Shown here one piece after another: positions 27,667 through 37,033 of a stretch of 40,638 nt of DNA. The position numbers and the translations under genes were made by a program. How positions within the stretch are numbered: position 1 is the stretch's first letter; each line of letters starts with the position of its first letter. Source of the stretch: a candidate division TA06 bacterium SM23_40 (GTDB lineage: Bacteria; LJUI01; SM1-40); contig LJUI01000046.1 of the NCBI GenBank assembly GCA_001303705.1, positions 1-40,638 on the forward strand. The letters are read 5' to 3'. Under the pieces are notes generated by a model. The model saw only the letters and a list, made by a program, of their open reading frames with translations. It was not told the origin of the DNA and did not search any database.

Positions 27667-28980
27667 CTACCGATAGAAGGCGTGAGGGGGCCAGCCGGCC
27701 AGGACGAGGAGAACGGTGATGAGGGTGGTGAAGAGGACGGCCGGGATCAGGAGGCGGTACACACGGCCGAAGTCCGCGCCGAAGTAGCCCTTCGTCAAGA
27801 CGAGACAGAGGTGGACGGGGGATGCGATTACACCCATGAATCCGCCGGAATAGGCGAGCATGACGTATGTGAGGTTGATGCCGTTCGGCGCGAGGAGATG
27901 TACGAGTATCGGGAACGCGATACCGATGTAGGCCACAGTCAGTCCGGTAATGAGCCCGACGGCGAACGGAACGGCATAGATGACGATGAGAGGAGAAATC
28001 CCGATCGACACGAGGAACTCGGGGATCACGGTCACCGCTCCCGATGCCTCGATCATCGTCTTGAAGACCATCACTCCGAGGATGAGCAGGACGAGCTCCG
28101 GAGTGACGGAGCTGACGATGATGCGCCGCATATCGCGCCAGGGTATGCGCGTGATGGCGATCAACAGTATGAGTGCGCCGACTAGGGAAAGCGCGAGAGG
28201 CACACGAAAGCCGAGCGTGGCGACGATGACGAGCACAACGGGCCAGACGGCGACGAAGAGACTCTTCAGGTGTCGGGCAGACTTGTTCGAGAGCGGTGGC
28301 GCGGGTTGGTTTGCCTCACCGAGCGACGGTGAGGCCTCGCGCGCCACAGCGACGTTCGACGCGGGCGCCGGCGAGGATGCCGGCTCCGGCCTGGGGAGGG
28401 GCCGCAGATAGAAGAGGAGGCCGGCGAGAATAGCGGCGAGCGTGAGGGGGAACTGGGCGATGACGACGTTATTGAGCGGCACACTCAGTACGGCGACGGT
28501 CAGGACGATACCGGGATAGAGCGGGAAGAAGTACTCCCAGACGTGGCGGAACCAATAATTGATCAAGGTCTTCTGTTCCGGGTTGAGCGGGTACCGCGTC
28601 GAGACCTCCTCGACCATGGGAGCCGAGAGCATGGCTCCGCCGGGCATCGGGAGGAAGCCGACGAAAGCGGCAGCGGCCGCGGCGACGAGGCGCAGATCGC
28701 GGAACAGCCCTTCCATGGCCACGATGAGCCGTTTCAGGTTCTCGATGTGCTTGAGGACCGCGCCGAGGATCGTGATGAGGAGCACGGCGGCCAGGAGGTT
28801 GAGGGTGGCCGGGGCGATGGCGGCTGATATCCCTGTCCTCGCGATCAGGGGCGGTGACATCCGAAACAACAGTCCGAGAATGAGGGCGCCGCAGAGAAGA
28901 ACATAGCCGATCCGCCACTTCAGGCGGATGAGGACGATCATGACGGCGAAGACGGCACCTATCTTCAACAGCTCGATCAC
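27667..28980 (-). CDS. DUF401 family membrane protein (putative transporter)
   Basis: Many TM helices; GFLPMPGGAMLSAPMV, INYWFRHVWEY.FPLYPG, SPVHLCLVLT..YF. Confidence 0.9.
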   Translation of the reverse strand: MIELLKIGAVFAVMIVLIRLKWRIGYVLLCGALILGLLFRMSPPLIARTGISAAIAPATLNLLAAVLLITILGAVLKHIENLKRLIVAMEGLFRDLRLVAAAAAAFVGFLPMPGGAMLSAPMVEEVSTRYPLNPEQKTLINYWFRHVWEYFFPLYPGIVLTVAVLSVPLNNVVIAQFPLTLAAILAGLLFYLRPLPRPEPASSPAPASNVAVAREASPSLGEANQPAPPLSNKSARHLKSLFVAVWPVVLVIVATLGFRVPLALSLVGALILLIAITRIPWRDMRRIIVSSVTPELVLLILGVMVFKTMIEASGAVTVIPEFLVSIGISPLIVIYAVPFAVGLITGLTVAYIGIAFPILVHLLAPNGINLTYVMLAYSGGFMGVIASPVHLCLVLTKGYFGADFGRVYRLLIPAVLFTTLITVLLVLAGWPPHAFYR

Positions 28981-29091
28981 GCTCTTCTCACTTCCTGCGG
29001 AGCCGGCGGCCTGCTGCCTCGCCCTCCCGGCGGACGGGGTCGAAGCAGAGTCCAGGTGGGGAGAGATGCTGCGAGGCTGTACAGTCCGCTT

Positions 29092-29601
29092 CTAGAGGTT
29101 CGGGGGGAGCGGATGCCCCGGCGCGAGCTGGTCGATGATCTTCATCACCGACACCCTGGGGTCCACACCGATAGCCCTGGCATAGGAGACGCTCTTCGAT
29201 AGTTTCTCTTTGAGATACCGCTCCAGGGGCTCCCGCTCGAAGACAAGCTCCCTCCCTTCCATGTTGTACGGGACGAACATCGCCGCGAACTCCCTGATCT
29301 GATTCCGGTGACTGGAGAGGAGATAGAGGAGAAACGGGTAGCGCTGCTCCAGGCGCCGGAACCATTCGCGCACTTCGGGGATTTCACGCGGATACCGATC
29401 ATCTCCCTCGAATCCCTGGAATTCGAGATAGATCTTGTGCATCAGAGCGCCGCCGCGGCTCTGACGGGCGATGAGGCCGTCGATCTCTGTAGTGATGGGC
29501 GAGATGTCGCAGCGCATCATATCGCGGCGCTTGACGGTCAGCACGATTACTCCGTGGGGCATCTCCCCGGGATTTCCATTCGCCGCTGGGACGGGGGCCA
29601 T
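29092..29601 (-). CDS. CRR6/DUF1817-like domain protein
   Basis: GFEGDDRYPREIPEVREWFRRLEQRYPFLLYLL matches the CRR6 D-R...EIPEVRxWF.RL...YP motif; SD GAAGGAG. Confidence 0.7.
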   Translation of the reverse strand: MAPVPAANGNPGEMPHGVIVLTVKRRDMMRCDISPITTEIDGLIARQSRGGALMHKIYLEFQGFEGDDRYPREIPEVREWFRRLEQRYPFLLYLLSSHRNQIREFAAMFVPYNMEGRELVFEREPLERYLKEKLSKSVSYARAIGVDPRVSVMKIIDQLAPGHPLPPNL

Positions 29602-29691
29602 TGCGGATTCTCCTTCAGTTCGTTCCTCGGTTCGTGTCGATCGGATCTCCGATAGGCGATACGGGCCGGCAGGCGAAGCCAGCCTCGGCAT

Positions 29692-30726
29692 TCACTGGGG
29701 TCCAGAGCCTCGGGCGAAGAGCCTCGCAACCTCATCCACGTCGAATCGATCGAGCGGCCTCGTGCTGTCAGCGGACGAGATCGTGAGTCCGTGTCCGCGC
29801 TCCTCGATCGTTCCGATCCGGGCGTAAACGATCCCCTCCCGGTCGAACGCGGAGGCGATCGCATTCGCCTTCTCGGGCGGCGCCGTTACGAGAAGAGCGC
29901 CGGATGCGATGAGGCCGAGTGGGTTCAGATCGAACGTTTCGCAGACGGCACGGCACTCGGGCAGTACGGGGATCGCCTCCTCGTCGATCGCCAGCCCGAC
30001 TTCCGATGCAGTCGCCAGCTCGAGGAGCCCCGTGGCCAGCCCGCCCTCCGTCGGATCGTGCATCGCGCTGGGGAGAGCTGTATCACAGGCGATGAGTGCC
30101 TCTCGCACGACGCTGATCCCCGGGGTATCGAGGAGGGAGGCGGCGCTCTCGACGACTCCCTCGCCCCTGGAATCGATCAGCTCTTCGCGCTTCTCTCTGG
30201 CGATGATGGCTGTGCCCTCGATCGCGATGCCCTTGGTGAGTAAGATCGTGTCGCCGGGACGCGCACCCGAAGAGGTGACGATGCGGTCTCGCCCGACCTC
30301 CCCGATCATCTGTCCCACGGCGATGGTGCGCTCGAGACCATAGGTAATCTCTGTGTGTCCTCCCGCCAGGGTGATATCGAGCTCCCGGCAGGCGTCCGCG
30401 ACCGCGGCAAAGATCCCCTCGACATCGGCTGCGCTCGTCCGGCCCTGGGGGAGGAGGAGCGTGAGCAACAGGTATCGGGGCCTTCCTCCCATCACAGCGA
30501 TGTCATTCGCATTGATGTGGACGACATACCAGCCGATGCGATCGCTTGCGAAGGTGATGGGATCGGTGGCGATCACCTCGCATCCCGGGGACGGGCCGAG
30601 TACAGCTGCATCCTCGCCGACCTTCGGCCCGACGAGGAGCCGTTTGTCAGGTCGGGAGTATTTCGCGAGAAGATCGGACAGCATGGTCCGATCGAGCTTT
30701 CCCACAGGCAGAGGATCGGCAATCAT
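29692..30726 (-). CDS. AIR synthase-related (PurM/HypE/ThiL superfamily) protein
   Basis: GPKVGEDAAV, TDPIT, VHINANDIAVMG, GGHTE, MHDPTEGGL, LIASGALL. Confidence 0.9.
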   Translation of the reverse strand: MIADPLPVGKLDRTMLSDLLAKYSRPDKRLLVGPKVGEDAAVLGPSPGCEVIATDPITFASDRIGWYVVHINANDIAVMGGRPRYLLLTLLLPQGRTSAADVEGIFAAVADACRELDITLAGGHTEITYGLERTIAVGQMIGEVGRDRIVTSSGARPGDTILLTKGIAIEGTAIIAREKREELIDSRGEGVVESAASLLDTPGISVVREALIACDTALPSAMHDPTEGGLATGLLELATASEVGLAIDEEAIPVLPECRAVCETFDLNPLGLIASGALLVTAPPEKANAIASAFDREGIVYARIGTIEERGHGLTISSADSTRPLDRFDVDEVARLFARGSGPQ

Positions 30727-30792
30727 CGGTCGATCCAGGCGATAGCGTGATGACGCACCATCCGTTATCTCTCATCAGGAGGAACTGGGTCA

Positions 30793-30822
30793 AGACTAAC
30801 GTTCAGGAGGGATGTTTGTCAA
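30793..30822 (-). promoter_or_regulatory. Putative promoter for the AIR-synthase-like operon
   Basis: Minus strand TTGACA, 18 nt, TAGTCT; lies within a TCAGGAGG..GTCAA direct duplication. Confidence 0.45.
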
Positions 30823-30919
30823 CACTCAAACAGGCGCCATGCTCACGGAGGAGCATCGCCTTTCGCTGAGGTACGCGTGGCCTCGTGCGGGGGATAGCTG
30901 TCCCTCGCTGCGAATCTCT

Positions 30920-30948
30920 TTGATTTTCACGTGCGTCGAACCTATAAT
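30920..30948 (+). promoter_or_regulatory. Putative sigma70 promoter for the methyltransferase
   Basis: TTGATT, 17 nt, TATAAT. Confidence 0.65.
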
Positions 30949-30986
30949 TGGGCACGTTGCTCCGGTAGTTCAGGAGTCAGAGCGCA

Positions 30987-31676
30987 ATGGTACGGAGAGC
31001 ATTTCTTCGCCTCATGGTTCCCCTCGTGGGGAGAACATTCGCAGTGCTCTGGTGGCGGCGATCGGGCCGCACAGAGGTACGTCCGGTAGTCTGGGCGATG
31101 CGTGCCTGGTTCGGATCGATCGCGCGGATGTACGAGCCGATGGCCAGGAGGCTCGCCGGCGGCTCCTACGATGGCGCGCTGGTGTCGGCGATCTGCGCCC
31201 TGCAGGAGTTCGGCGCACTGCGCGGCCGGGAAGCCGCAGATCGAGATGGAGAGTGGATACTCGACGCCTGTGCCGGATCGGGGGCCGTGGCCCGGCAGCT
31301 TGCTGAAACGTTTCCCGGGGCTGTCATCGTATGCGCGGACATTTCGGGGCGCATGCTGTGCGAGGTGCGGCGGCGGTGGCGGCCGGGGGACGGCAAAAGA
31401 CCATATCTCGTCCAGGCCGATGCTACGCGGCTCCCGTTCCGCAGCGACATCTTCGGCGTCGTCTTTCTCCAGAACGCGCCGCCATACGTTGAAGAGATGG
31501 TGCGGGTGGGACTACCTCGTGCCGCAGTTGCGCTTATCTATACGTTCGGCGCAGTGGTCCCGGAGAGATATGAGACATTGATAGCGACCAAGTGCAAGCA
31601 TGCCGGATTGGCGACCGTCCAGGTTGTGCGGACTGGAGGAGGCGCATACGTCATCGGGGAGAAAGAGGCGAAGTGA
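30987..31676 (+). CDS. Class I SAM-dependent methyltransferase
   Basis: ILDACAGSG, CADIS..ML, QADATRLPF; SD AGGAG. Confidence 0.8.
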   Translation: MVRRAFLRLMVPLVGRTFAVLWWRRSGRTEVRPVVWAMRAWFGSIARMYEPMARRLAGGSYDGALVSAICALQEFGALRGREAADRDGEWILDACAGSGAVARQLAETFPGAVIVCADISGRMLCEVRRRWRPGDGKRPYLVQADATRLPFRSDIFGVVFLQNAPPYVEEMVRVGLPRAAVALIYTFGAVVPERYETLIATKCKHAGLATVQVVRTGGGAYVIGEKEAK

Positions 31677-31679
31677 AGG

Positions 31680-32701
31680 TCAGATGATATCGAGGCGCCT
31701 TGCCTGCCGATACCGATTCTGCGTGTTGCGAGCTTGAGCACGCCCCGTCCGAGCATGAACGAGAGGAGGATCGGACTGAGGCAGAGGATGACCAGATAGG
31801 CGGCCCCCACCAGGGCGGCGAGAGGGATGCCGATCAGGGTGGCCGCGAGCGCGATCATGAGGAGCGGCATTCCGACGATGGTACAGAGAGATGTGAGGAG
31901 ACTGGCGAGCGGACGGGCCGAGAGTGTCTGAGCCGTGACGGTGGTGAACTGTGGCGCTAGGCCGATCAGGACGAGCCCGACCAGGAAAAGAGAGAGGAGC
32001 CCGACGACTCGCGAAATCCTTCTTGCATGGACCAGTACGCGACGTGGTGTATCGGGTGGGACCGTGTGCTGGATCGCGCCTCTGATCTCGACGCCCTCGG
32101 GGATCGTGGCTGCCTGATACGAGATGTAGGAGAGGTCACCGTCGATCCTTGTGCCGGGAAGGAAGGTGAGCGATTCCGCAACGAGGAGTTCCACGTCGCC
32201 GGCGATGTGACCGCCGATGGTCGTTTGTCGTGCGACGCCGCGCAGGTCACCGATGATCGTCCCGAACATCTCGCAATCGCCGGTGACGACGCTGACCGAT
32301 CCGCCGATCTCCGAGCCAGGAGCGAGCCGAAGAGAGGAGCACCAGGCGTCGAGGTTGCTCGCGACAAACGTGCCCACTCTGGCGTTGGCTGAGACGATTC
32401 GCGCATCATCGTAGACCGTTCCGTCGATGTCGACGGTTCGGGCGATGGCGAGAATATCTCCGGCAACGGTTCCCGGAAAGTGGGCCACGGCGCCCATGGC
32501 CAGAACGTCTCCGTATACCGTTCCTGCGACCTCGACAGAGCTTCCCAGGAGGGTGATGTCGTCCTGGATGGTCTGTCTGGCCTCGACCGATTCGCCGGAG
32601 AAGCGGGGCGATATGAACCGCAGGTGTTCCCAGCGCGGGGCCTGGCTGTGCGCCTGGCATGCAGCCAGGAAGAGAACGATGATTCCCAGGCACGTTCGCA
32701 T
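31680..32701 (-). CDS. Secreted/membrane protein with bactofilin-like (polymer-forming beta-helix) repeats and C-terminal TM helices; apparent frameshift near the 3' end
   Basis: Signal peptide, repeated xGxVxGD/IxGxI units, then hydrophobic helices. The ORF track runs to 31538 through the convergent gene, but an alternative frame ends RRLDII* at 31680. Confidence 0.75.
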
Positions 32702-32812
32702 ACTATGAGCCTTTCGAGGATGGCGATCCCCTCTGGTAGTGGCCTTGCGCCTTGTCGACAGCCGATTGGCGATAGCCGATTGGATCGAGAGCGGTCCTCG
32801 GTGCGGGCACAG

Positions 32813-33049
32813 GATAACGCCCGCACGCGACTACGTCTGCACCAGACCGTGTCCGTGTGAGATATTGTCCGCACCAGACAAAGCCCATCCGAGACCACGT
32901 CTGCACAAAACGATGTTCCTATGAGATTATGTCCGCACATTATGTGCGCGAGCGATAACGTTCGCACAAGAGCACGTTTGCAGAAGATCACGTCCGTACA
33001 ACAGAGCATCGGCACAGGATGACGTCCGCACAGGGCGACGTCCGAGAAG
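32813..33049. repeat. Degenerate 16-bp tandem array, about 15 units, consensus GAYNACGTCCGCACAA
   Basis: Units include gataacgcccgcacgc, gactacgtctgcacca, gatattgtccgcacca, gaccacgtctgcacaa, gataacgttcgcacaa, gatcacgtccgtacaa, gatgacgtccgcacag. Confidence 0.85.
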
Positions 33050-33191
33050 GACGGTCGGCCCTGAGGAGAAGTCCTGGAATCGATTAGCGCTGAGTGTAGT
33101 GACAGACGCGGCAGGTGTCAAGGTGATTCAGTTCTTTCAGGCAGTGGCGGGCCGGACAGAGCGTGCTGGCGGGGTCGAAGGATCTCCGGGC

Positions 33192-35468
33192 GTGGAAGCC
33201 CGGAGAGCGATGGTGCTCGGCGCGATTCTCCTTCTCGCTCTTGCCCTTCGGATCGTCTACCTCGTCGAGATCGCGGATCAGCCGCTGTTCGACACCCCGA
33301 TGGGCGATCCCTGGTATCACGATGAATGGACCAAGCGGATCGCCACAGAGGGGTGGCTCGGGACTGAGTCCTTCTTCAGGGCACCGCTGTACCCATACCT
33401 CCTGGCCCTCATCTTCCAGGTTTCGGATCACAGTTACCTCGCGCCCCGGATCGTCCAGATGGCGATGGGTGTTCTCGGCATCTTCCTCATCTATCTTCTG
33501 TCGAGAAGGCTCTTCTCCGATGCGCGGGTCGCTCTTGTTGCATCCCTCATGGGGGCCCTGTACGGCATACTCATCTACTTCGAAGGGGAGCTGTTGATAC
33601 CTTCGCTCCTCGTCGTGCTCGACATCGGAGCGATTCTGGTCCTGCTGGGCGCCCATCGCCGTCCACGAATGTGGAAGTGGATCGGCGCCGGCATCCTGCT
33701 CGGACTGTCAGCCATCGCCCGCCCAAACATCCTCCTGTTCCTTCCCTTTGTACTGGCCTGGATCTGGTGGAGTGCGGGCGCGGGAGCGCGAAGCGGTACG
33801 GAGAGCGGCGAGACATCGGCCCCAGTCCGAATAAGCAGCCGGAGGCGAACCCTGGCCGCACTCGCCCTCTGTCTGTGCGGGGTGGGAGTGATCGTGGCGC
33901 CGGTGACGATCCGGAACTACATGCTCGGAGGGGATCTGGTGCTCATCGCATCACAGGGTGGGATCAATCTCTATCTCGGCAACAACCCGGTTGCCGACGG
34001 GAGGACCGCGCGGATGCCCCCTGGACAGGTCCCAGAGCGGCTTATCCGCGCTGAGCAGATCCGTCTTGGCAGGCCCATGACGTTGTCGGAGCGATCACGC
34101 TTCTGGTACGCGAGGACTCTGAACTCGATAACAGAGGATCCGATCGCCTTCGCCCGGCTGTTCGGGAGGAAACTCTACTTTCTGGTCAATTCATACGAGA
34201 TACGCAACAACCAGGACATCTACTTTTTCCGTCGGTACTCGACGCTGTTCAGGCTCCTGGTCTGGCGCCTCGATCTGCCCGGGCCGTTCGCGCTCGGGTT
34301 CCCCTTCGGATTGCTGCTGCCGCTCGCTCTCGCCGGAATGGTACTTGCCGGGAGGCCTGAGCCGGAACACCTCATCGTCTATCTCTTTCTCGCCTCATAT
34401 GGGCTGTCGATCGTGCTCTTCTTCGTCTGTGCGCGCTACCGCGTCCCGCTCATCCCGTTCCTTATTCCATTCGCCGCGCTCGCTGTCGTGAGGGGAATCG
34501 ACCGTGTGCGGCGCAGGGATCTCCGGCCTCTCATCGTGCCCGCCGTCGTCTTTCTGGGGACCTCGCTAGTGGCAGATAGCCGGCTGGCCGGAGTCGATAC
34601 CGATACGTTCGCCCAGCAGCACTTCTGGAACGGGAATGCGTATGTGAGAAGGGGAGAGTATCGAGCGGGGTTGGAGGAATTCGCCGCCGCCCTCGAGATC
34701 GAGCCCGGCTTCCCGCTCGCCCACCTGAACCGGGGAGCGATCTTCTACCGCCTGGGGAACGAGAACGAGGCGCTGGCGGAGGTCCGCCGCGAGCTCGAGG
34801 TGAATCCCGAGTCGGCAGAGGCACACCACCTGCTCGCCACCATCCTGCGCGAGACGGGGAGGCCTGATCAGGCTGTCGGTCATGCGCTGTCGGCATGGGA
34901 ACTCGATCCCTGGATGACCGAGGCCGAAGTGAACCTGGCGCTCGTCTATTTCGATCTCGGCAGGCTCGACGAGGGCGAGGAGATCCTCATATCGCTCGCC
35001 CAGCGGCGGCCCGACGAGGCCGGCGTGCACGAGGCATTGGGAAAGGTCCTCGCCGCGAGGGGTGATGTGAGGGGAGCACTTGCTGCGTACGCCAGGGCGG
35101 TAGAGCTCGAGCCGGAGAGGGACTCCTATCAGTACCGGTTAGGACTGCTGTACGGGCGCCTGGGTGACTTGCCGCAGGCGGAGCGACACCTGGCGAGGGC
35201 AGCGGCGCTCGATCCCCTGAGGGCGAAGTATCATGCCGATCTGGGGACGGTGTACCTGCGGCAGGACAACCTGGCCGCCGCTCAGGAGGAGCTGGTGCGG
35301 GCACGCGAACTGGCACCGGACCAGGCCGAGGTGGAGCACAATCTCGGCCTCGTGGCCCTCCGGCAGGGCCGTATTGCCGAGGCGCGGGAGCACTTCCTCC
35401 GTGCGCTAGACCTCGACTCCGGACTCGATGCGGCCCGCGAGGGATTGCGCATGACGAGTGAACGTTGA
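33192..35468 (+). CDS. GT-C (GT39/ArnT/PMT-like) membrane glycosyltransferase with C-terminal TPR repeats
   Basis: D..YH..W, FFRAPLYPYLLA, RPNILL, RNY, GGINLYLGNNP, RYRVP, then multiple TPR units. Start codon uncertain (33099-33210). Confidence 0.85.
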   Translation: MEARRAMVLGAILLLALALRIVYLVEIADQPLFDTPMGDPWYHDEWTKRIATEGWLGTESFFRAPLYPYLLALIFQVSDHSYLAPRIVQMAMGVLGIFLIYLLSRRLFSDARVALVASLMGALYGILIYFEGELLIPSLLVVLDIGAILVLLGAHRRPRMWKWIGAGILLGLSAIARPNILLFLPFVLAWIWWSAGAGARSGTESGETSAPVRISSRRRTLAALALCLCGVGVIVAPVTIRNYMLGGDLVLIASQGGINLYLGNNPVADGRTARMPPGQVPERLIRAEQIRLGRPMTLSERSRFWYARTLNSITEDPIAFARLFGRKLYFLVNSYEIRNNQDIYFFRRYSTLFRLLVWRLDLPGPFALGFPFGLLLPLALAGMVLAGRPEPEHLIVYLFLASYGLSIVLFFVCARYRVPLIPFLIPFAALAVVRGIDRVRRRDLRPLIVPAVVFLGTSLVADSRLAGVDTDTFAQQHFWNGNAYVRRGEYRAGLEEFAAALEIEPGFPLAHLNRGAIFYRLGNENEALAEVRRELEVNPESAEAHHLLATILRETGRPDQAVGHALSAWELDPWMTEAEVNLALVYFDLGRLDEGEEILISLAQRRPDEAGVHEALGKVLAARGDVRGALAAYARAVELEPERDSYQYRLGLLYGRLGDLPQAERHLARAAALDPLRAKYHADLGTVYLRQDNLAAAQEELVRARELAPDQAEVEHNLGLVALRQGRIAEAREHFLRALDLDSGLDAAREGLRMTSER

Positions 35469-35618
35469 AGTAGACCCCTCCTGCCCCGTTCTCCTCAATC
35501 GTTGCACGATCCCGTTTCACTCTGCAGTGGATGTCGCGCACTCTCCTGGGCCATCAGCCAGGCCACGTCCGACAGGAGCCATCTCAGGCGGGCGGCGTCC
35601 CGGGAGCTCGTCGGCCGG

Positions 35619-35910
35619 GGACGCGTCTGTGCGGTAGCTCGCCGGCGACGCGTTCGTCCGGTGGCTTATGGGAGACACGTCCATCCGGTAGTTCGTCGGC
35701 GAGGCCTTCGTGCGGTAGCTTATCGGCGATACGTTCGTCCAGTAGCTTGTCGGCGACGCGTTCGTCCGGTAGTTGGCCGGCGACGCGTTCGTCCGGTAGC
35801 TGGCCGGCTACACGTTCGTCCGGTAGGTTGTCGGCGACGCGTCCAGCCGGTAGCTCGCCGGCGACGCGTTCGTCCGGTAGGTCGCCGGCGATACGTCGTT
35901 CCAGTAGGTA
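35619..35910. repeat. 27-bp tandem repeat, about 11 copies, consensus CGACGCGTTCGTCCGGTAGYTNGCCGG
   Basis: Contiguous units start at 35619, 35646, 35673, 35700, 35727, 35754, 35781, 35808, 35835, 35862 and 35889, with no spacers. Confidence 0.95.
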
Positions 35911-35950
35911 TAAAGAGCCCCGCTCTTCCCTCATCGGGGAATCGCGGGGC
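35911..35950 (-). terminator. Probable terminator of the matrixin operon
   Basis: GCCCCGC/GCGGGGC plus an inner TTCCC/GGGAA stem, followed on the minus strand by TCTTTA. Confidence 0.5.
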
Positions 35951-36009
35951 CCTGTTCATGTCTGGCGTCAGCGTGTGCTGTCGATCTCGGCCGGCTTTCC
36001 TCCCCGCGG

Positions 36010-37023
36010 CTACTCGAACAGCTCGCCGGTCGCTGAGACCGTGGTCAATCCCCGGGCACGTGCGGGGCCGGTATTGTCGCCGGACATAGTCACTGTAAAC
36101 GCGAAGTGCTCCATATCCCACTTGTCATAGGTATACTGGCCGATGTACCCGTTGTACATGAAGTCGCCGCACGGAGCTGCATTCGGTATCTTGTGTTTGA
36201 GCGTGCCATTCTTCGTCTGACTGGGCGAGAAATTGACGTTGAACGGCCCGAAGACATCGTACAGGCTGCCGTTCGGGAGAAAGGCGGTCGTCCAGAACGT
36301 GCAGCTCACTGAGGAGCTCGAGTTGTTCGTGGCCGTGACGTCGATCTTGAGGGTGTCGCCTCTCGCGATAGTCGTCGACTGCGGCTGGAACTGGATGATG
36401 ATGTCCTGGCTTCCGGCCGATCCGTACAGCGCCACGATACCATTGATGTCGTCGAAGTAGAGATCGCGCTTGTAGGTCTCGCCGTACGAGGCGTAGGCAT
36501 ACATCGTGGCGGCCGAATACGATGAGTGGTCGAGGCAGAGGAAGTGCCCGAACTCGTGTGCCGCGATGTTCCAGACGTCCATCTCGTTGGAGAGGGGCCA
36601 TCCATCTGCGTTCCAGGAGTAGGAGTAGTCGTTGAAGATTACATCGCACTCACTGATGTTATATCCGCCCCAGATGTAGGTTGTCGCGATCGACCCGGTG
36701 TTGTAGTTGACGAAGGAGGCAACGTTGTGCCCGTCGTGAATGTTGCCGACTATGCTGGTACGCCCGCCGTACGTGAAGATGAAGTCCGCGGTGCCCTCGT
36801 TGTTCCATGCCTCTAACCCGTTGAGGTATGCCTCGAGCTGCTGATTCTGTGTCCCCACATTGGGGTCGATGCAGTTCGGGTTGAGGAGGACGTCCTCGCC
36901 CATCGGATAGGTCTGCCAGTTCCAGCTCATGTTGCAGAATGCGTACCCGAGGGCGGAGGAGACAAGGAGCGGAGCGACGAGGAGGCACCCCGCAACGAAA
37001 AGACTTCGAGATAGTGTGCGCAT
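36010..37023 (-). CDS. Secreted matrixin-family (M10-like metzincin) protease with a C-terminal Ig-like domain
   Basis: Signal peptide, ECDVIFN, AAHEFGHFLCLDHS, Met-turn ATMYAY, DDINGIVALYG. Confidence 0.9.
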   Translation of the reverse strand: MRTLSRSLFVAGCLLVAPLLVSSALGYAFCNMSWNWQTYPMGEDVLLNPNCIDPNVGTQNQQLEAYLNGLEAWNNEGTADFIFTYGGRTSIVGNIHDGHNVASFVNYNTGSIATTYIWGGYNISECDVIFNDYSYSWNADGWPLSNEMDVWNIAAHEFGHFLCLDHSSYSAATMYAYASYGETYKRDLYFDDINGIVALYGSAGSQDIIIQFQPQSTTIARGDTLKIDVTATNNSSSSVSCTFWTTAFLPNGSLYDVFGPFNVNFSPSQTKNGTLKHKIPNAAPCGDFMYNGYIGQYTYDKWDMEHFAFTVTMSGDNTGPARARGLTTVSATGELFE

Positions 37024-37033
37024 CGTCGCTCTC

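Noticed and set aside
27196-27719. ORFs 27196-27543, 27339-27719 and 27392-27649
   Set aside because: They run through the structured element and the 10-bp array, with no protein-like features or good RBS.
35619-35910. CRISPR array (also considered for 32813-33049 and 26813-26929)
   Set aside because: Units are contiguous with no unique spacers, and there are no cas genes in the window.
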